NCBI RefSeq assembly: GCF_001194135.2
Contig: NC_068997.1
Span: 40,208,804-40,272,803 of the forward strand
Source of the DNA: Octopus bimaculoides
Lineage: Eukaryota
Length of the DNA stretch: 64,000 bases
Reading direction: 5' to 3'
Below are positions 39,420 through 53,212 of this stretch, in pieces. Every line of letters starts with the position of its first letter. Within the stretch, counting starts at the first letter, position 1. Under the pieces are notes generated by a model. The model was not told the origin of the DNA and ran no database searches. It was given only the letters and a program-made list of their open reading frames with translations. Both the position numbers and the translations under genes were made by a program.

Positions 39420-40900
39420 TTGGGTCACCTTCCATCCTAACCCCATCGCCACCCCATCATAATCAGTGCTGAAGTACTAGGCACTCTATACTAGTAGACC
39501 GAATGCGTTCGATGCTTTCAACCTCACTTACACACATTTGCCATTGGATACCCAATACACTGTGGAAAGGCTGTAAGTGAAATCGCACAAACTTTCCATA
39601 TATCTCCGGCATGTAGCAACGAAAACAAAACAGAAATATTGTAGACACCCGACTTTGTCTTAAGTCAAATTCCATGTCGAGGCTATAAATATCTCTCCAA
39701 TTTTTCAAATGCCCATCTCTAGCTTTCTTGATTCGGAGCGAGATTTTACCTTGAAGAGTATTTGACATGTTCACAACACTGTCTAAACGCACGAAATTAT
39801 CCACAACACGCAATTTATGTTCATACACATCAATTTTGGGCTCAGAGTAGACGTTACTTAGTGCTGATTGGTACATGAGGACTGTCATTTTTTAGACTCA
39901 ATGCACATTATGTTGTCGAGAAGGAGTCCATAAGATGCTGTATGTCATTGAGCAACAAGATAATGGTCATTAACATGCAAGAATTCACGTATAAGTAATG
40001 GAAACAGATTTGTTGTGGAAGCAAACCGTCTTATATTCAGCATGTAATGCTGAACCAATGTAAACAACTATCGAAAGCCTTAGCAAAGTACAATACGAAT
40101 AAGGTTGGCCCTCCTATATCCCCTTGCTTAACACCATTTTCTCTTGATATTTGATCGGTGAGCTTACCACGTTGTCACATGTATTTATTCCACAATGAAA
40201 ACTTCCAAGCATAGAGGAAAACTTATCAAGACACTCGAGCTTCTTCAGAATGTTCCATAAGACATTGCTATTGTATCAAAACTTACATAATGAACGACTT
40301 GATACAAGTCCATCTTCTCAAATTTATTGCAATTGTCTGGCAGAAAGGATCATATGCTTGTCGCCATGCCATTTGCGAAACCACAGTGAGACTAAGAGAA
40401 CCTCATCAACGATGTTTTTAAGTACTCTACTATACTTCCCTAAACAACACCTTGCCAACAAAGAGAAGCGATGCTCCATTGTAATTACCAGTCTTCCTAC
40501 CCACCTTCCCGTTTATAGAGAACCAAAATCAGCGCATCTTTCCAATCATTTAGGATACTCTCTTTAATCCAAACCTTTTGCATTAATTCTGTTTGAGATG
40601 GAAGCACACTCTTGCTTCCATTATACAGCTCAGACATCCCAGACTACTTACTATTATCTAGGTTTTGGTTTTTACAGAATTTGGGACCGCTTCAAGCGGA
40701 GGAGTTTCTGCTTATATATTTTTTAGTGATCATGAAAGAAATCGAGCCAATAGACTCATCAGTCTGAGAAAGCTTATTTAAAAGTTCGTTGGTTTGAATA
40801 TCTTTAGGTTCTCTGACTACACAGAGAAGTAATATCAGAGAGTGATTGTTTTCGCTTTGTTGAACGTAGTTAATTTTAGTTTCCAACGCATTATTTTAGT
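39420..40900 (-). mobile_element. Decayed RTE-clade LINE, RT region
   Basis: QCGF...ILSARQLQ, FDT...LWNILKKLEC, GVKQGDIGGPTLF, LRVVDNFVRLDSVV...ISLRIKKA and FHLQPFHSVLGIQWQ...SIE in the canonical RTE order; many stops. Confidence 0.8.
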
Positions 40901-41034
40901 TACGAGACACTCTATTTTCATTATTTTCATATTTCACACAGAGAAGATTCCACGGCGTATTGTCAATTAAATGCTTGGATAGGATAATCTCAATTGATCG
41001 ATGTTTCTCAACTTATGTTACTTATCTGACATCC

Positions 41035-41096
<62 letters not shown>

Positions 41097-41205
41097 CCGT
41101 ATCTACGTGTATACACATAGAAACACTTTTACACACACATATGCATATATGGATGTATATATATATCAATATATATACACACACGCACATATATGTACAT
41201 GAATA

Positions 41206-41241
<36 letters not shown>

Positions 41242-41325
41242 TATATATATATATATTTATACATACATACATACATACATACATAATACATACATGCATA
41301 ATACATACATATATACATACATACA

Positions 41326-41406
<81 letters not shown>

Positions 41407-42734
41407 CACAATGTTCGAGAATACACTTAAAAATGACGATATTTCAGTTACTATTGAAATAATGACTGGTGAATTTGTGGACGTAAAGGTCACTCGAGTT
41501 CGATGATATTGCCTGGAGAACGATCTCATGCTTAGTTGTAACGAATTATTTCAATAGACTTCTAGCTGAGAATTTAGATTCTTTGCATTATGAAACTTTT
41601 CCGTTTCATATTTAAATACGACGTATTATATTAGTAGCGACCAGTACTGCTTTCTTGTATTCTCCTAAACTTTTGACTGTATTGCTTTTATTTTAAATTT
41701 TAATTTTGCCACAGCAAATATTCGCATTTCATTTAATCATATTTTTATTGTTTCTTCATTGTTAAAAGACAAACAACATCCACCAATTTTCTTCTTTGTC
41801 GTTCAATAGTTGTTGTTGAATAATGAAGCTATTTTTGTTTACTCCTTTCATTGTTTGTTAGTAAACAATACTTGTTCAAGTTTAATTTGTTCTCTTTGTA
41901 TGAACGAATCAAAACAATGCAGCAGATCTATCAGCTTTTAAAGCCTTCCTTTTCTTATTCTCTGATTTCGGTGGGACTGCATTGTCTTCTTCAACTTGCT
42001 AATATTTACTGCAATATTTTAAGTAGCATGGGGAACTACTAAGTTGCTCATATTAACTTATTTAATTAGCTAACAAATTATCTAATTGACTGGAGTGCAG
42101 AGAAGAACAATAAAAATTAACAAACGATGGAATAAAAGAGAAAGTTAAAGAGCAAGTCCGTCATATTCTCTAATGTTTATAATTTCAAATTACAAATCAT
42201 TCCATATTTTACATGGTATAACAATTATTAGAGTAAAAAGAATAGTGAAAGTTTGCAATGTAAAATTAAAGAAGAAATATATTGATAACTCTTGGAATGG
42301 GGTCTGTTTATGAAACATGTTTAATCAAAGAGATATTTGCTGTTGCAATATAATAATCAAACACGTCAATCTATACACTTTAGCGCACTCGATGTTGCTA
42401 AAGAAATGAGGAACTTCGGCGCAACAGTTACAATGCTCGAAACTGTATCATAATTTTCTCCTAACTTTACAATGTCTTTAATTGCGCCTTTAAAATAAAA
42501 AATGATGATAAATTATAATAAATAAAACTAAATTAGAGAGCAAAATATTAGTTTGCTTATATACTCATCCACATTAGGCTTCCCCTCTTCATCAACAATA
42601 TCATTATTATCATTGATAATCTCTTATGTAATTTCTTAAGGCAAAGTAAATGTAGAATTATTAGTTGATGATGTTAATCTTTAATAAGAATAATTCTAAT
42701 AATACTTTTAATAATATTAATAATTCCATCTAAT

Positions 42735-42925
42735 TTTTGACAAAGGGCCAGCAACTTTGAGGAGAGTTGGAAGTCAATTACATTGACTCCAGTACTCATC
42801 GTGTGTATATTTTATTGATCACGAAATGATGGAAGGCAAAGTTGGCCTCGGCGTTAATTGAACTCAGAAAGTAAAGAGCCGGAAGAAAAGCATCTTGTCC
42901 GTGTTGCTAACGATTGAGAAAAATC
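42735..42925 (-). mobile_element. SINE family B, decayed
   Basis: Minus strand TTCTGAGTTCAATTAACGCCGAGGCCAACTTTGCCTTCCATCATTTCGTGATCAATAAAA. Confidence 0.7.
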
Positions 42926-43152
42926 GCAGCCTCATAATAGTAATAATGATAATAACAACGACGCGTTGAAGTTCCCTACCCTGAAAACTTCCATAACATT
43001 ACCAAAACAAAACTCAAAATTAACAATAAAAGGTAAGAAAGCAATTACATAGGAATCCAGCATGCACAACTGACCCCTATTTTATGTATAGCAAAAGATT
43101 TAATTCACAAGGCATATTGTTAAATAATTTGCAATAGTATAAAAGATCAGTT

Positions 43153-43365
43153 TAAGGCGGTGAGCTGGTAGAATCATTAACACGCCTGGCAAAATTCTTA
43201 ACGGCATTTCGTCCGTCTTCACTTGAGTTCAAATTCTGCCGAAATCCACTTTGGCTTTTATGCTTTCGGGGTCGATAAAATAGGTACCAGTTGAACACTG
43301 GGATCGATGTAATTGACTTACCCCCTCCCCCAAAATTGTTTGCCTTGAGCCAAAATCTGAAATCA
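43153..43365 (+). mobile_element. SINE family B, full length
   Basis: AAGGCGGTGAGCTGGTAGAATC...TTGAGTTCAAATTCTGCCG...TTTCGGGGTCGATAAAATAGGTACCAGTTGAACACTGGG...CCCCCAAAATTG. Confidence 0.87.
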
Positions 43366-43907
43366 ATATTATAAGCGATCAGTGTTTGGGAGCCAAAGCT
43401 GGAGCGAGCCTTTGACTGCACTTAAAACAGAACGACTCCACCCAATAAGTACAACTAATACCCAACACACAAGTACTATACATGTGAGTATTATAAAAAT
43501 AATGTTTTAGTTAAACCACAAACAGTTATTGTACAAGTAGACACTTGGGACAAATGAGTTGAGAAAAATGGTAACGAATTTTTGTATCCAAACGAAACAG
43601 ACCAAATTAAGCGATCATTTAGACAAAAAAACCACATTCTTTTCTAAAATCAAATCATGTCTACATGATTCAATCAACAACAATAAACTATTTACTAAGC
43701 ACTGTTTATGATACTAATATCGTTGCATCTGTAACTTAAGGAGGCCGTTACACTAAGGAAAGAAAGTGTTGGTGGCCACTAGCAACAGTAACGTTGATGA
43801 TAATAGAGGTAAAGGAAAAGAGAGGGGAGAAAGTTAATTACGATTGGCAGAGTTACCACCGCACCATTAATTACTACGACATTATATATTCTCCATAAAC
43901 ATACTCG

Positions 43908-44064
43908 GCGCAGGCATGGCTATATGGTAAGTAGCATGCTTACCAACCTCATAGTTCCGTGGCATCTTGGGCGAATATCTTCTACTATAGCCTAGGGCTG
44001 ACCGAAGTCTTGTGAGTAGATTTGGTAGATGGAAACTGAAAGACGCCCGTCGTATATATATGTG

Positions 44065-44159
<95 letters not shown>

Positions 44160-44350
44160 ATTTATTCACCTCAACATTGCTAGACAACCGATGCTGGTGT
44201 GTTTACGTCCTCGTAACTTAGCGGTTCGACACAAGACATCCGATGGAATAAGTACTAGGCTTACAAAAATAAGTCGTGGGGTCGATTTGCTCGACTAAAG
44301 ATCGTGCTCCAGCATGGCCGCAGTCACATAGCTGACACAAGTAAATGAAT
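43908..44350 (+). mobile_element. SINE family A with expanded internal (TG)n
   Basis: Head and tail match family A; about 90 bp of (TG)n at 44066-44158. Confidence 0.88.
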
Positions 44351-44367
44351 ATCCTGTTACTGTATCG

Positions 44368-44610
44368 AGGGTGCATGGCCTATTTGTTTGGATGTTGCTC
44401 GCAAGATCGTGGTTTCAATTCCTAGACTAGCTGTTGCGTTGTGTTGTTGAGCAAAACATTTCCTCTCACGTTGATCTTCGATCGTGTGACACACAGTGCA
44501 CCTGTTGAGGCAACACCGATTTGATAGAGTGAGCGAGCGAATGTACACCACAAACACTTGATCACTAGAAACATATCATTTGTGCACGTTGTCCAGCAAG
44601 AAATTGTAGG
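44368..44610 (+). mobile_element. Additional tRNA-derived SINE (family E), decayed
   Basis: GATCGTGGTTTCAATTCC (B-box-like) and GCGTTGTGTTGTTGAGCAAAACATTTC, a central motif shared with family C, followed by a different 3' part. Confidence 0.55.
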
Positions 44611-44764
44611 TCCACATTTTTCGGATTACGGATTATCGTCTCATTACTGAGATTAAAACAGAATATTAGCTTATTAGAATCTGTTTTACTTAAGGCATGC
44701 TGACGTTTAATAAAGTAGAAACTGGTTAAACTTCCTTCGAATTAGTGAAAATGATTTCTTTTTG

Positions 44765-44955
44765 TCCCTAACTACCGTTTGACAACTGGTGTTGGTTTGT
44801 TTACATCCCCGTAACTTAGCGGTTCAGCAAAAGCAGTTGATAGAACAAGTAGCAGACCCAAAAAAATGTTCTGAGATCGATTCATTCGACCCTTGAAGGC
44901 ACTGCTCCAGCATGGCTGTAGTCAAATGACTAACATGTAAACAATGAAAGATAAA
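44765..44955 (+). mobile_element. SINE family A, 3' half
   Basis: TTGACAACTGGTGTTGGTTTGTTTACATCCCCGTAACTTAGCGGTTCAGC...GCACTGCTCCAGCATGGCTG. Confidence 0.8.
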
Positions 44956-45599
44956 AAAAAAACATGATTCCAAATGTAAGTTACGTTTGGTTGTTTGAGT
45001 ATGGTTTGTAGAAGTGGTGGTTTTGACAATGGTTTGTGTATTATAATGGAAGTGGTGAAACCAGAGGTGATAATGCACACTGCTTTACGTATCAATGTTT
45101 TTTAATTGTTACTGGGATTTTATAGAGAAGATGAGGACCTTCCGGGTCCTTTTAGTGTATGTTGAACGTCATATTGTGAGTTTATTTGCAATCATGATTC
45201 GAAAATACCTTAGTATGAGGTTCAGCAGTGGTTCTCTCAAGAGGTGAACTCCAAAACACAAAAACACAAAGGTGTGTCTGTCCCTATCAGGTGTCAAAGT
45301 GTCAAAGGAAATCAATGAAACAGAACGCTGAACAATGAAAACTAAATTGAAGTGTTGCATTCCTAGTATTATCACCTCGACATATGAGTAGATATGAGGT
45401 ATAATATTACTGAAAACAGACTTGTGAAATATATGGAGAGCTATAAAAAAAAATACACCAACAAAATACAAAAACTGGAAATATAATAAATCATCAATAG
45501 TATACACATTGAAAATAAAACAAAACTACGTATAAAACTGAGTTCTGTCGCCATAGTTTAATTTAAATCATGGCATGTGAACCCTTTCGTGTCCACCCG

Positions 45600-45987
45600 G
45601 AGAGCAGAACAACTCACAACGTACAGTTCTTTATTCAAGAGACGAGGAATTATGTACATTATTTACATTATTTGTATTTGACGGATATTTGTCTTCATCT
45701 TGTTTGTTGTTAACGCTACGCCATATAATGGCGTAGTGGTTAAGAATGCGGGCTACTAACCCTAAGATTCCGAGTTCAATTCCAGGCAGCGACCAGAATA
45801 ATAATAATAATAAAAATAATAGTAATAACAACAAAAGCAACATCGAAAATACCTTAGGAATGAGAACCCAGGTTCGAAATTTCCCCAAGACACCTGATGA
45901 AGGCTGGAGGGTATATCAGCCGAAACGTTGTGTTAACAACAAACAAGATGAGGACAAATATCCGCCAAATGTAAATAATGTAAATTA
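45600..45987 (+). mobile_element. Composite non-autonomous element: inverted repeat, tRNA-like head, (AAT)n, hammerhead-bearing Penelope-type terminal repeat
   Basis: 54-bp inverted repeat (45661-45714 vs 45932-45985, 4 mismatches); A box TGGCGTAGTGG (45729) and B box GTTCAATTC (45774); (AAT)n linker; hammerhead at 45889-45934. Confidence 0.7.
45889..45934 (+). ncRNA. Minimal type I hammerhead ribozyme motif with intact core
   Basis: GACAC-CTGATGA-A-GGCTG-[10 nt]-CAGCC-GAAA-CG-TT-GTGTT: helix I GACAC/GTGTT, helix II GGCTG/CAGCC, palindromic ACGT helix III, predicted GUU cleavage after 45929. Confidence 0.8.
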
Positions 45988-46105
45988 TGAACTCACAACA
46001 TCACTGAGAAGAAAAACAAAAATTTCTGCACTTGATGGAAACTGAACAAAGAGTGAAGGAAATCAGAAAAGTAAAATTCTTTGATCCAATCTCGATAGGT
46101 TAAGC

Positions 46106-47385
46106 CGGTGGTTCCCAAACATTTTTAGATTGCTGCCCCCTTGGCTCCTAGGCCACATTCCTAGCACCCTTCATACCACCCCACACCACACCAACACAAG
46201 CATAAATCTCTTTCTGCCACTGAAAACCACTGTATTTCACAAATAGAATTTAACCTAGCTAACCCATTATTTTGCTGTTTTTACAATATGAAAGAGTAAA
46301 TATACAACTCACACGTTACGACGTTGCTTCCGCACTTTTGACGCGAGGGATATACTTTGTGCAGGGATATCAGCTTCTTTACATCCAACTGAAAGGTACC
46401 AAGTAATAATCTCAGATCCCCGTCTTCAATAATTTTCAGTCTGATTCTTTGCTTGGAAAGAAGCTGGGCAGTTGCACTAAAGCTCCACTCTGCAAAATAT
46501 AATGTTGGGAAGTCATCTTGACTTTGTTCCATTGAGCAGGGTAGCTGTCAGAAATGTCCTTTGCTATCAAATATCCTGATATGATTTTTTTCAACTGTAG
46601 CCAGCTCAATAATATTTTAAAGTGAAACCAATTTTTCTGCTGCTGTTCTTGTTACCTCATTCCTGATATCACCCAGGCTGATACATTAATAAAATATAAA
46701 CGCTCTGAAATCTGTGCAGCTCATCCAGATGTGAACAATATACTTGAATGTCATTTTCTGCTATGCGCTTTTCCTTCTCCAATTCAGAGAGGCTCAGAAA
46801 CTGTAAGAACTCACGTTAACTTATGTTACATTTAAATAATTGTAACAAAGAAAAACGTGAAGAGGGCAGATTTTACTTTGGTAAGGTTTAACCCCATTTC
46901 CTTGCTGTAGCAAATTAATTTCATCGAACATTGTGAATATATCTGCCATATAAGCAATGTCATGCTTATTGCGTTTTAGTTCACACAAAGAACAAAATAA
47001 ACAGTCTTGCAAAAATTCAGCAACTCTTCTTTAAAAAATGAACATAGAAAAATTATGTGCAACAGCAAAAGTTTAAACATTCTCAGAGCAGATCTATCGA
47101 AGTAGCGGAGAATGGAAAGCATATGCATTGATAACAGTGCTCAAAAATTTGTTCAGTCTCCCACTAAGATTGCTTGCAACCTGTGGATTAGGCATTGTGT
47201 AACTTTTCTATAAACTGATAAAGTTGCGATGACGACCTACAGTCAGTGGTGTCTCAGCTATTACTCAAACACGAAATTCTTTCCTCACGTTAAATGCTGA
47301 GTTCCAATTAGAACCACACTACGGTAACATTGAGTACTTCTTCTTATGTTACTCCAGCAGATCTTAAAAAATAATCATAGTCATT
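46106..47385 (-). mobile_element. Decayed hAT (Charlie/Buster-type) transposase 3' half with terminal inverted repeat
   Basis: LSGRLNKFLSTVI...LLLH, DIAYMADIFTMFDEINLLQQG and FPTLYFAEWSFSATAQLLSKQRIRLKIIEDGDLRLLL...DVKKLISLH; TIR CGGTGGTTCCCAAAC at 46106. Confidence 0.82.
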
Positions 47386-47388
47386 TAT

Positions 47389-47605
47389 AAGGCGGTCAGC
47401 TGGCAGAATCTTTAGCACACTGGATAAAATGCTTTACTGCATTTCGTCCGTCAATATGTTCTCTGTTCAAGTTTTGCCAAGGTCCACTTTGCCTCTCATC
47501 CTTTCGGGGTTAGTAAAATATGTACCAGTTGAACACTGGGGTCGATGTAATTGACTTACCTCCTCCCATCAAATTTCAGGCCATGCGCCTATTGTAGAAA
47601 GGATT
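47389..47605 (+). mobile_element. SINE family B at the upstream break of the hAT fragment
   Basis: AAGGCGGTCAGCTGGCAGAATC...CATCCTTTCGGGGTTAGTAAAATATGTACCAGTTGAACACTGGGGTCGATG. Confidence 0.85.
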
Positions 47606-48069
47606 ATTACGTCATACTGCGGAGTAAGAAATGCCAGATTTCATTGGTATTTTTTTTATACGCTCACTGTCAAACATTAATAAAAGTTCTTACGCAAAAA
47701 ATAATTTTCTAAGGATGTGAAGTCTTTCAAGGCGGGAAAATTTTGAAGCCCTTGCATTTGAACCTTTCCAACCGTATCAGATGGTACGATAGGCTTCTGT
47801 TTTGTATATGAAATTGAACATAAGGCTCCGATAATGTTTTGTACAATTTCGTTTTTCTGCTGTAAAGTATCCTAGTTACTTTTACTTTCAATTCAGCTTA
47901 CCCCGAGATCTTTTCTATTTGTTTGTTTACAATTTTTTTTTTGTCTCAGGGAATTGCGACGTCTATTATGAGACATTTTCCTTTGTTTATGACATGTATA
48001 AAGATAATTGCTCTCTTCAATTGCTCTGTCTGTCTGGATGTCAAAATCCTATAGAATATATTATTATTA

Positions 48070-48107
<38 letters not shown>

Positions 48108-48219
48108 GCCGCTGAATCACTAACAACAACTGAAATATCAACAACAAGATTAGTGGTGAAATAATATCAGAGATCAATATAGATCCGGCAGTACTATAGG
48201 GATCAATAAGAGCGCATAC

Positions 48220-48237
48220 AAGAACAACAACAACAAT

Positions 48238-48273
<36 letters not shown>

Positions 48274-48318
48274 AACAACAACAACAACAATAACAACAAC
48301 AACGACAGCAACAACAAT
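48220..48318. repeat. (CAA)n microsatellite
   Basis: CAA units with TAA, CGA and CAG variants. Confidence 0.95.
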
Positions 48319-49569
48319 CTACGTAAACAACTATAATTTCACCATACTGATTTAGCCAAGTATTTATAACACAGAAAAAAATAACATGTAAAAAAAAATA
48401 GACATGTATAAAGTTTTTCAAACAACTTAACATGTGATTATTTCTCTAAGGGCGCACGCAAAATATTCGCATACAAATATTTACAGAAGCCTACATACAT
48501 ACATGCACAAACACATTAGTACGCATATACACATAGAGACAAAACTGACTTGTTCAGCTGAACCATACATTCATATGACCACAGTTATTTGCTAATTGAA
48601 TTAGGTGATTTGATGTGTTAAGAAAATTACTTTGATTCATACTGATGCAATGAAGCGAGGAAATGGTTTAAAGAGATGTGCATTTCCAATGTTAAATCAA
48701 TTTAGTCCAGTTTCACCATATTTAACAATTCTTTCGTGAAATGCTTTCAACCTAGAAATAAAGCAAAGGCTTAAATGGGGTTTTTTTCTTCTTTGCCCTC
48801 TCTCTTTTTTCCTCCCTTTTCCTCTCACTAACATCGTAAGACCTTTTAACATAAATATGCTCCTGTGACTTTTTCAAGGAATATAAAACACCAGAATGTA
48901 AATTAAGTAAACAAAATAAAAAGGCTGGAAACGTAATTGTATATATTTTCAGCATGATTCTTATTTCCATGTATGTATAAGGCGATAAATTTAGAAAAAA
49001 AACAAAAAAAAAAACGAATTGATTTAGNNNNNNNNNNCATTTAGAATTTTTTTTTTCCTTTCTAGAATTTGGAATCGAATCTGACTGCCACAACAGAAAA
49101 GATTATGCTTTGCCTAAGGGCAAGGTTAGAATTAGAGTATGCTATGCCCTGCTTTGTATATAGAGGGTTTTTAATGTTTAGTCCCAGGTCAGCCCTGGCT
49201 GAATAGACAAAGTATGAATAGCGTTTCAGCCAAAATCACTCCACCCTTTTCTCAGGCATTGTTCCCCCTAGGACTAAATTGTGTCCCTCCCGCCAGTACA
49301 GAAGACCAACTGCTAACGCTTCTGAAGATGAACAATTACACAATCCCGATGATTGTATAATTGTTCAGTGAAAATCGGACTCATGATCCATTATAGAGAA
49401 ATTAACTTCTTAGGATCGTTAGCGCGTCGAACAAATTACCTTGCGGTATTTACTAACAGATCTATCACGTTCTGAATTCTGATCTCACCGAGACTTCGAT
49501 ACACTTTCTAACACTGGGACATGATTACAGGGACATTTCTTTATCTTTATAATTTTTTTTATATATCTT

Positions 49570-49790
49570 TATATCTTTTATCTTTTATAGTCATAAGACT
49601 GCAGCCATGCCGGGGCATTACCTTGAAGAATTTCTAGTTGAACGAATCGAACCCAGCAATTATGTTTAAGCTCGGTATTATTCTATAGGTCTCTTTTGCC
49701 GAACCGCTAAGTTACAGGAACGTAAACATACCAACACCGTTTGTCAAGCGGTGGCAGGGAACAAACACAAGCACAAACAATCACTTACAC
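49570..49790 (-). mobile_element. SINE family A, 3' half
   Basis: GACTGCAGCCATGCCGGGGCA...TCTTTTGCCGAACCGCTAAGTTACAGGAACGTAAACA. Confidence 0.8.
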
Positions 49791-51333
49791 ACACATATTT
49801 GAACACGTAGATAAATACACAACCACATGCATGGTTTGTATCAACGACACCAGCAAATTAATAATTACTACTGCTTAGTAATTTGCTAGACATCACTAAT
49901 TTATTTAATTACACTTCTATTAAGCAGATTATTACGTTAATTTAAAACTGAAATTAATTCGTAACTATTCATACAAATATATCCATCGCTGATAAACGTT
50001 CTTTTCGTCACGCTGCTATTAGTAATACTGGTGTATAAAGGAATAAACTAAACTCTAATATCAATCCAGAAAAAAAATGGATTCTGACTAGTCTGCTATA
50101 TTCTTTTCTACTCTAGGCACAGGGCCTGAAATTTTTGGGGAAAGGGCCTGAAATTTTTGGGGAAAGGGCCAGTCGCTTAGATCTACCCCGGGTCGCAACT
50201 AATACTAAATTTATCGACCCCTGCTATATTAACGTCCTCATCTGACTTCAGAAGAGAATATTCAAAAGAAAAAAATTGATTCCAACCAATGAATTATCAT
50301 GAATGTTTTTTCTTGTTTTATCTTTTACACGTTTCAGTCATTAGACTGCGGCCATGCGGGAGCACTACCTTTTAGTCGAACGAATCGACCACAGGAATTA
50401 TTTTGTTTATTAACGTGGCACTTCAAGTGTCAATCGGAGTGGGGGGGGGNNNNNNNNNNNNNNNNNNNNNNNNNNNNNNNNNNNNNNNNNNNNNNNNNNN
50501 NNNNNNNNNNNNNNNNNNNNNNNNNNNNNNNNNNNNNNNNNNNNNNNNNNNNNNNNNNNNNNNNNNNNNNNNNNNNNNNNNNNNNNNNNNNNNNNNNNNN
50601 NNNNNNNNNNNNNNNNNNNNNNNNNNNNNNNNNNNNNNNNNNNNNNNNNNNNNNNNNNNNNNNNNNNNNNNNNNNNNNNNNNNNNNNNNNNNNNNNNNNN
50701 NNNNNNNNNNNNNNNNNNNNNNNNNNNNNNNNNNNNNNNNNNNNNNNNNNNNNNNNNNNNNNNNNNNNNNNNNNNNNNNNNNNNNNNNNNNNNNNNNNNN
50801 NNNNNNNNNNNNNNNNNNNNNNNNNNNNNNNNNNNNNNNNNNNNNNNNNNNNNNNNNNNNNNNNNNNNNNNNNNNNNNNNNNNNNNNNNNNNNNNNNNNN
50901 NNNNNNNNNNNNNNNNNNNNNNNNNNNNNNNNNNNNNNNNNNNNNNNNNNNNNNNNNNNNNNNNNNNNNNNNNNNNNNNNNNNNNNNNNNNNNNNNNNNN
51001 NNNNNNNNNNNNNNNNNNNNNNNNNNNNNNNNNNNNNNNNNNNNNNNNNNNNNNNNNNNNNNNNNNNNNNNNNNNNNNNNNNNNNNNNNNNNNNNNNNNN
51101 NNNNNNNNNNNNNNNNNNNNNNNNNNNNNNNNNNNNNNNNNNNNNNNNNNNNNNNNNNNNNNNNNNNNNNNNNNNNNNNNNNNNNNNNNNNNNNNNNNNN
51201 NNNNNNNNNNNNNNNNNNNNNNNNNNNNNNNNNNNNNNNNNNNNNNNNNNNNNNNNNNNNNNNNNNNNNNNNNNNNNNNNNNNNNNNNNNNNNNNNNNNN
51301 NNNNNNNNNNNNNNNNNNNNNNNNNNNNNNNNN

Positions 51334-51361
<28 letters not shown>

Positions 51362-51364
<3 letters not shown>

Positions 51365-51720
51365 TTTTATTCTTTTATTTGTTTCAGTAAATTGACTGTG
51401 GCCATGATAGAGCACCACCTTTAGTCGAACAAATCGACCCCAGGACTTATTCTTTGTAAGCCTAGCACTTATTGTATCGGATGTTTTTTGCCGAGCCGCT
51501 AAGTTACGGGGATGTAAACATACTAACATCGGTTGTCAAGCGATAGTGGGGGACAAACACAGGCACACAAACACGCGCGCACACACACACACACGCACAC
51601 ACACACACAATGGACTCTTTTTAGTTTCTGTATAGAAAATCCGCGCACAAGGCTTTGGACCACCTGAGACTAGAGTAGGAGACCCAAGATGCATTCAATG
51701 TCACTGAACCCCGAACCATG
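51362..51720 (-). mobile_element. SINE family A
   Basis: GACTGTGGCCATGATAGAGCACC...CCGCTAAGTTACGGGG...(CA)n...CCCCGAACCATG. Confidence 0.85.
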
Positions 51721-52419
51721 TGTCTCGGAAGTAAATTTCTTTCCAGACAGCCCCAAATCTTATAGACCATTTGCTTTTCGACAACTATAATGCTAAATTT
51801 TATTTCTTCACATAAAACATAGATTCAAACTTTTTCACAGATGCACAGTAACAGCAATATTGAATGTCAAAACCCAGCTATATGTCTACTGGCAGGATAC
51901 TTACTCTATAAAGGTATAGAAGATTGAGTAAACATGATAAATCCGAAGAACATTAAAGGGAATTATATAACATCTGAGAACATTTTCCTTGGTGGTTTCC
52001 TTCCACAAATCCACTCTTTGAATTTAAAGAACAAGTAAAACTTTGCGACATTGTGCCTTGCTTTAATAGGTCATTGATTGCAATTCGTGTTATCTGCTAA
52101 ACGGGATATTAGAAGTATTGTCTAAATACCACGTCTAGTAGAGGTTCCACTTGGAACATTTTTCCATCACATGAAAGTTACGCACCATAAAAATTGTCTT
52201 TAATTAATTGGTCAACCAAACACAGAGAATAATTGTACTCGATTGTAATAGCCTTAAACTAAGTTACCCTTGTCCATATCAAAGTAACATAAGAACAGAA
52301 ATCAATGAATCTACAACAGAATTGGGTGCCTGACCAGCCTCGAATCATAGCAACCAAGTTTACAAGTATCCGATACGCATCACCAAATTCCTCATTTATT
52401 CTAAGATTTTGAAGTATTA

Positions 52420-52635
52420 TACAGGAGTGACTGTGTAATAAGAAGCTTGTTTCCCACCCACATGGTTCCGGGTTCATTCCCACAGCGTGGCACCTTAGGC
52501 GAGTGTCTTCTTATACAGCCTCGGGTCGACCAAAGCCTTGTGAGTGGATTTGGTAGGGGGGAACTGAAAAATGCTCGCAGTATATGTATATACACACACA
52601 CACATACACATATATATGTGTGTATGTGTGTGTGT

Positions 52636-52710
<75 letters not shown>
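52420..52710 (+). mobile_element. SINE family A, 5' half, followed by long (TG)n
   Basis: AAGAAGCTTGTTTCCCACCCACATGGTTCCGGGTTCATTCCCACAGCGTGGCACCTTAGGCGAGTGTC...GTGAGTGGATTTGG. Confidence 0.85.
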
Positions 52711-52712
<2 letters not shown>

Positions 52713-53212
52713 ATTATGCTCCTGTGAAGATGAGCGCACATGTATATGTGTACGCGTGCAAGTCTTTATGTGTCTTTATATACGATAGAGATTCTTATAT
52801 GTCACGCTGTAATTTGAAAAACTTTGAATAACAGTTATTATTTATGCAATGATGATATAAACGCCCCTCGTTAATAAGAGTCTAAAATTGTCAAGACAGG
52901 GAAATAATTCTAAGAAAAGGACTATTTGAAATGTTAGAAAATAGGTTTTTTTTTTAAATCAGCACCCGCGAAGCTGTTTCAGCAATGGTCATATATCGGC
53001 TACATTAGTTATCTTGGGTAAAGTACTTTTTACTCAATTGGCAAAACTAAGATGCATTCATTAGCGTCAGTTCGACACTTAAAATTTATGTTTCCCGCTA
53101 CCTTTCTAAACAGTATACACTTTTTAGCTATGGCAGGGTTGTTTAATCAAATTCACTGGACGAATATAGACATAAAAGTTTGTGTTGGCAGTTAAAATGG
53201 AGTATTAGCATG

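Noticed and set aside
45729-45795. Functional tRNA gene
   Set aside because: A and B boxes are present, but there is no complete cloverleaf or acceptor stem; better explained as a SINE-type head.
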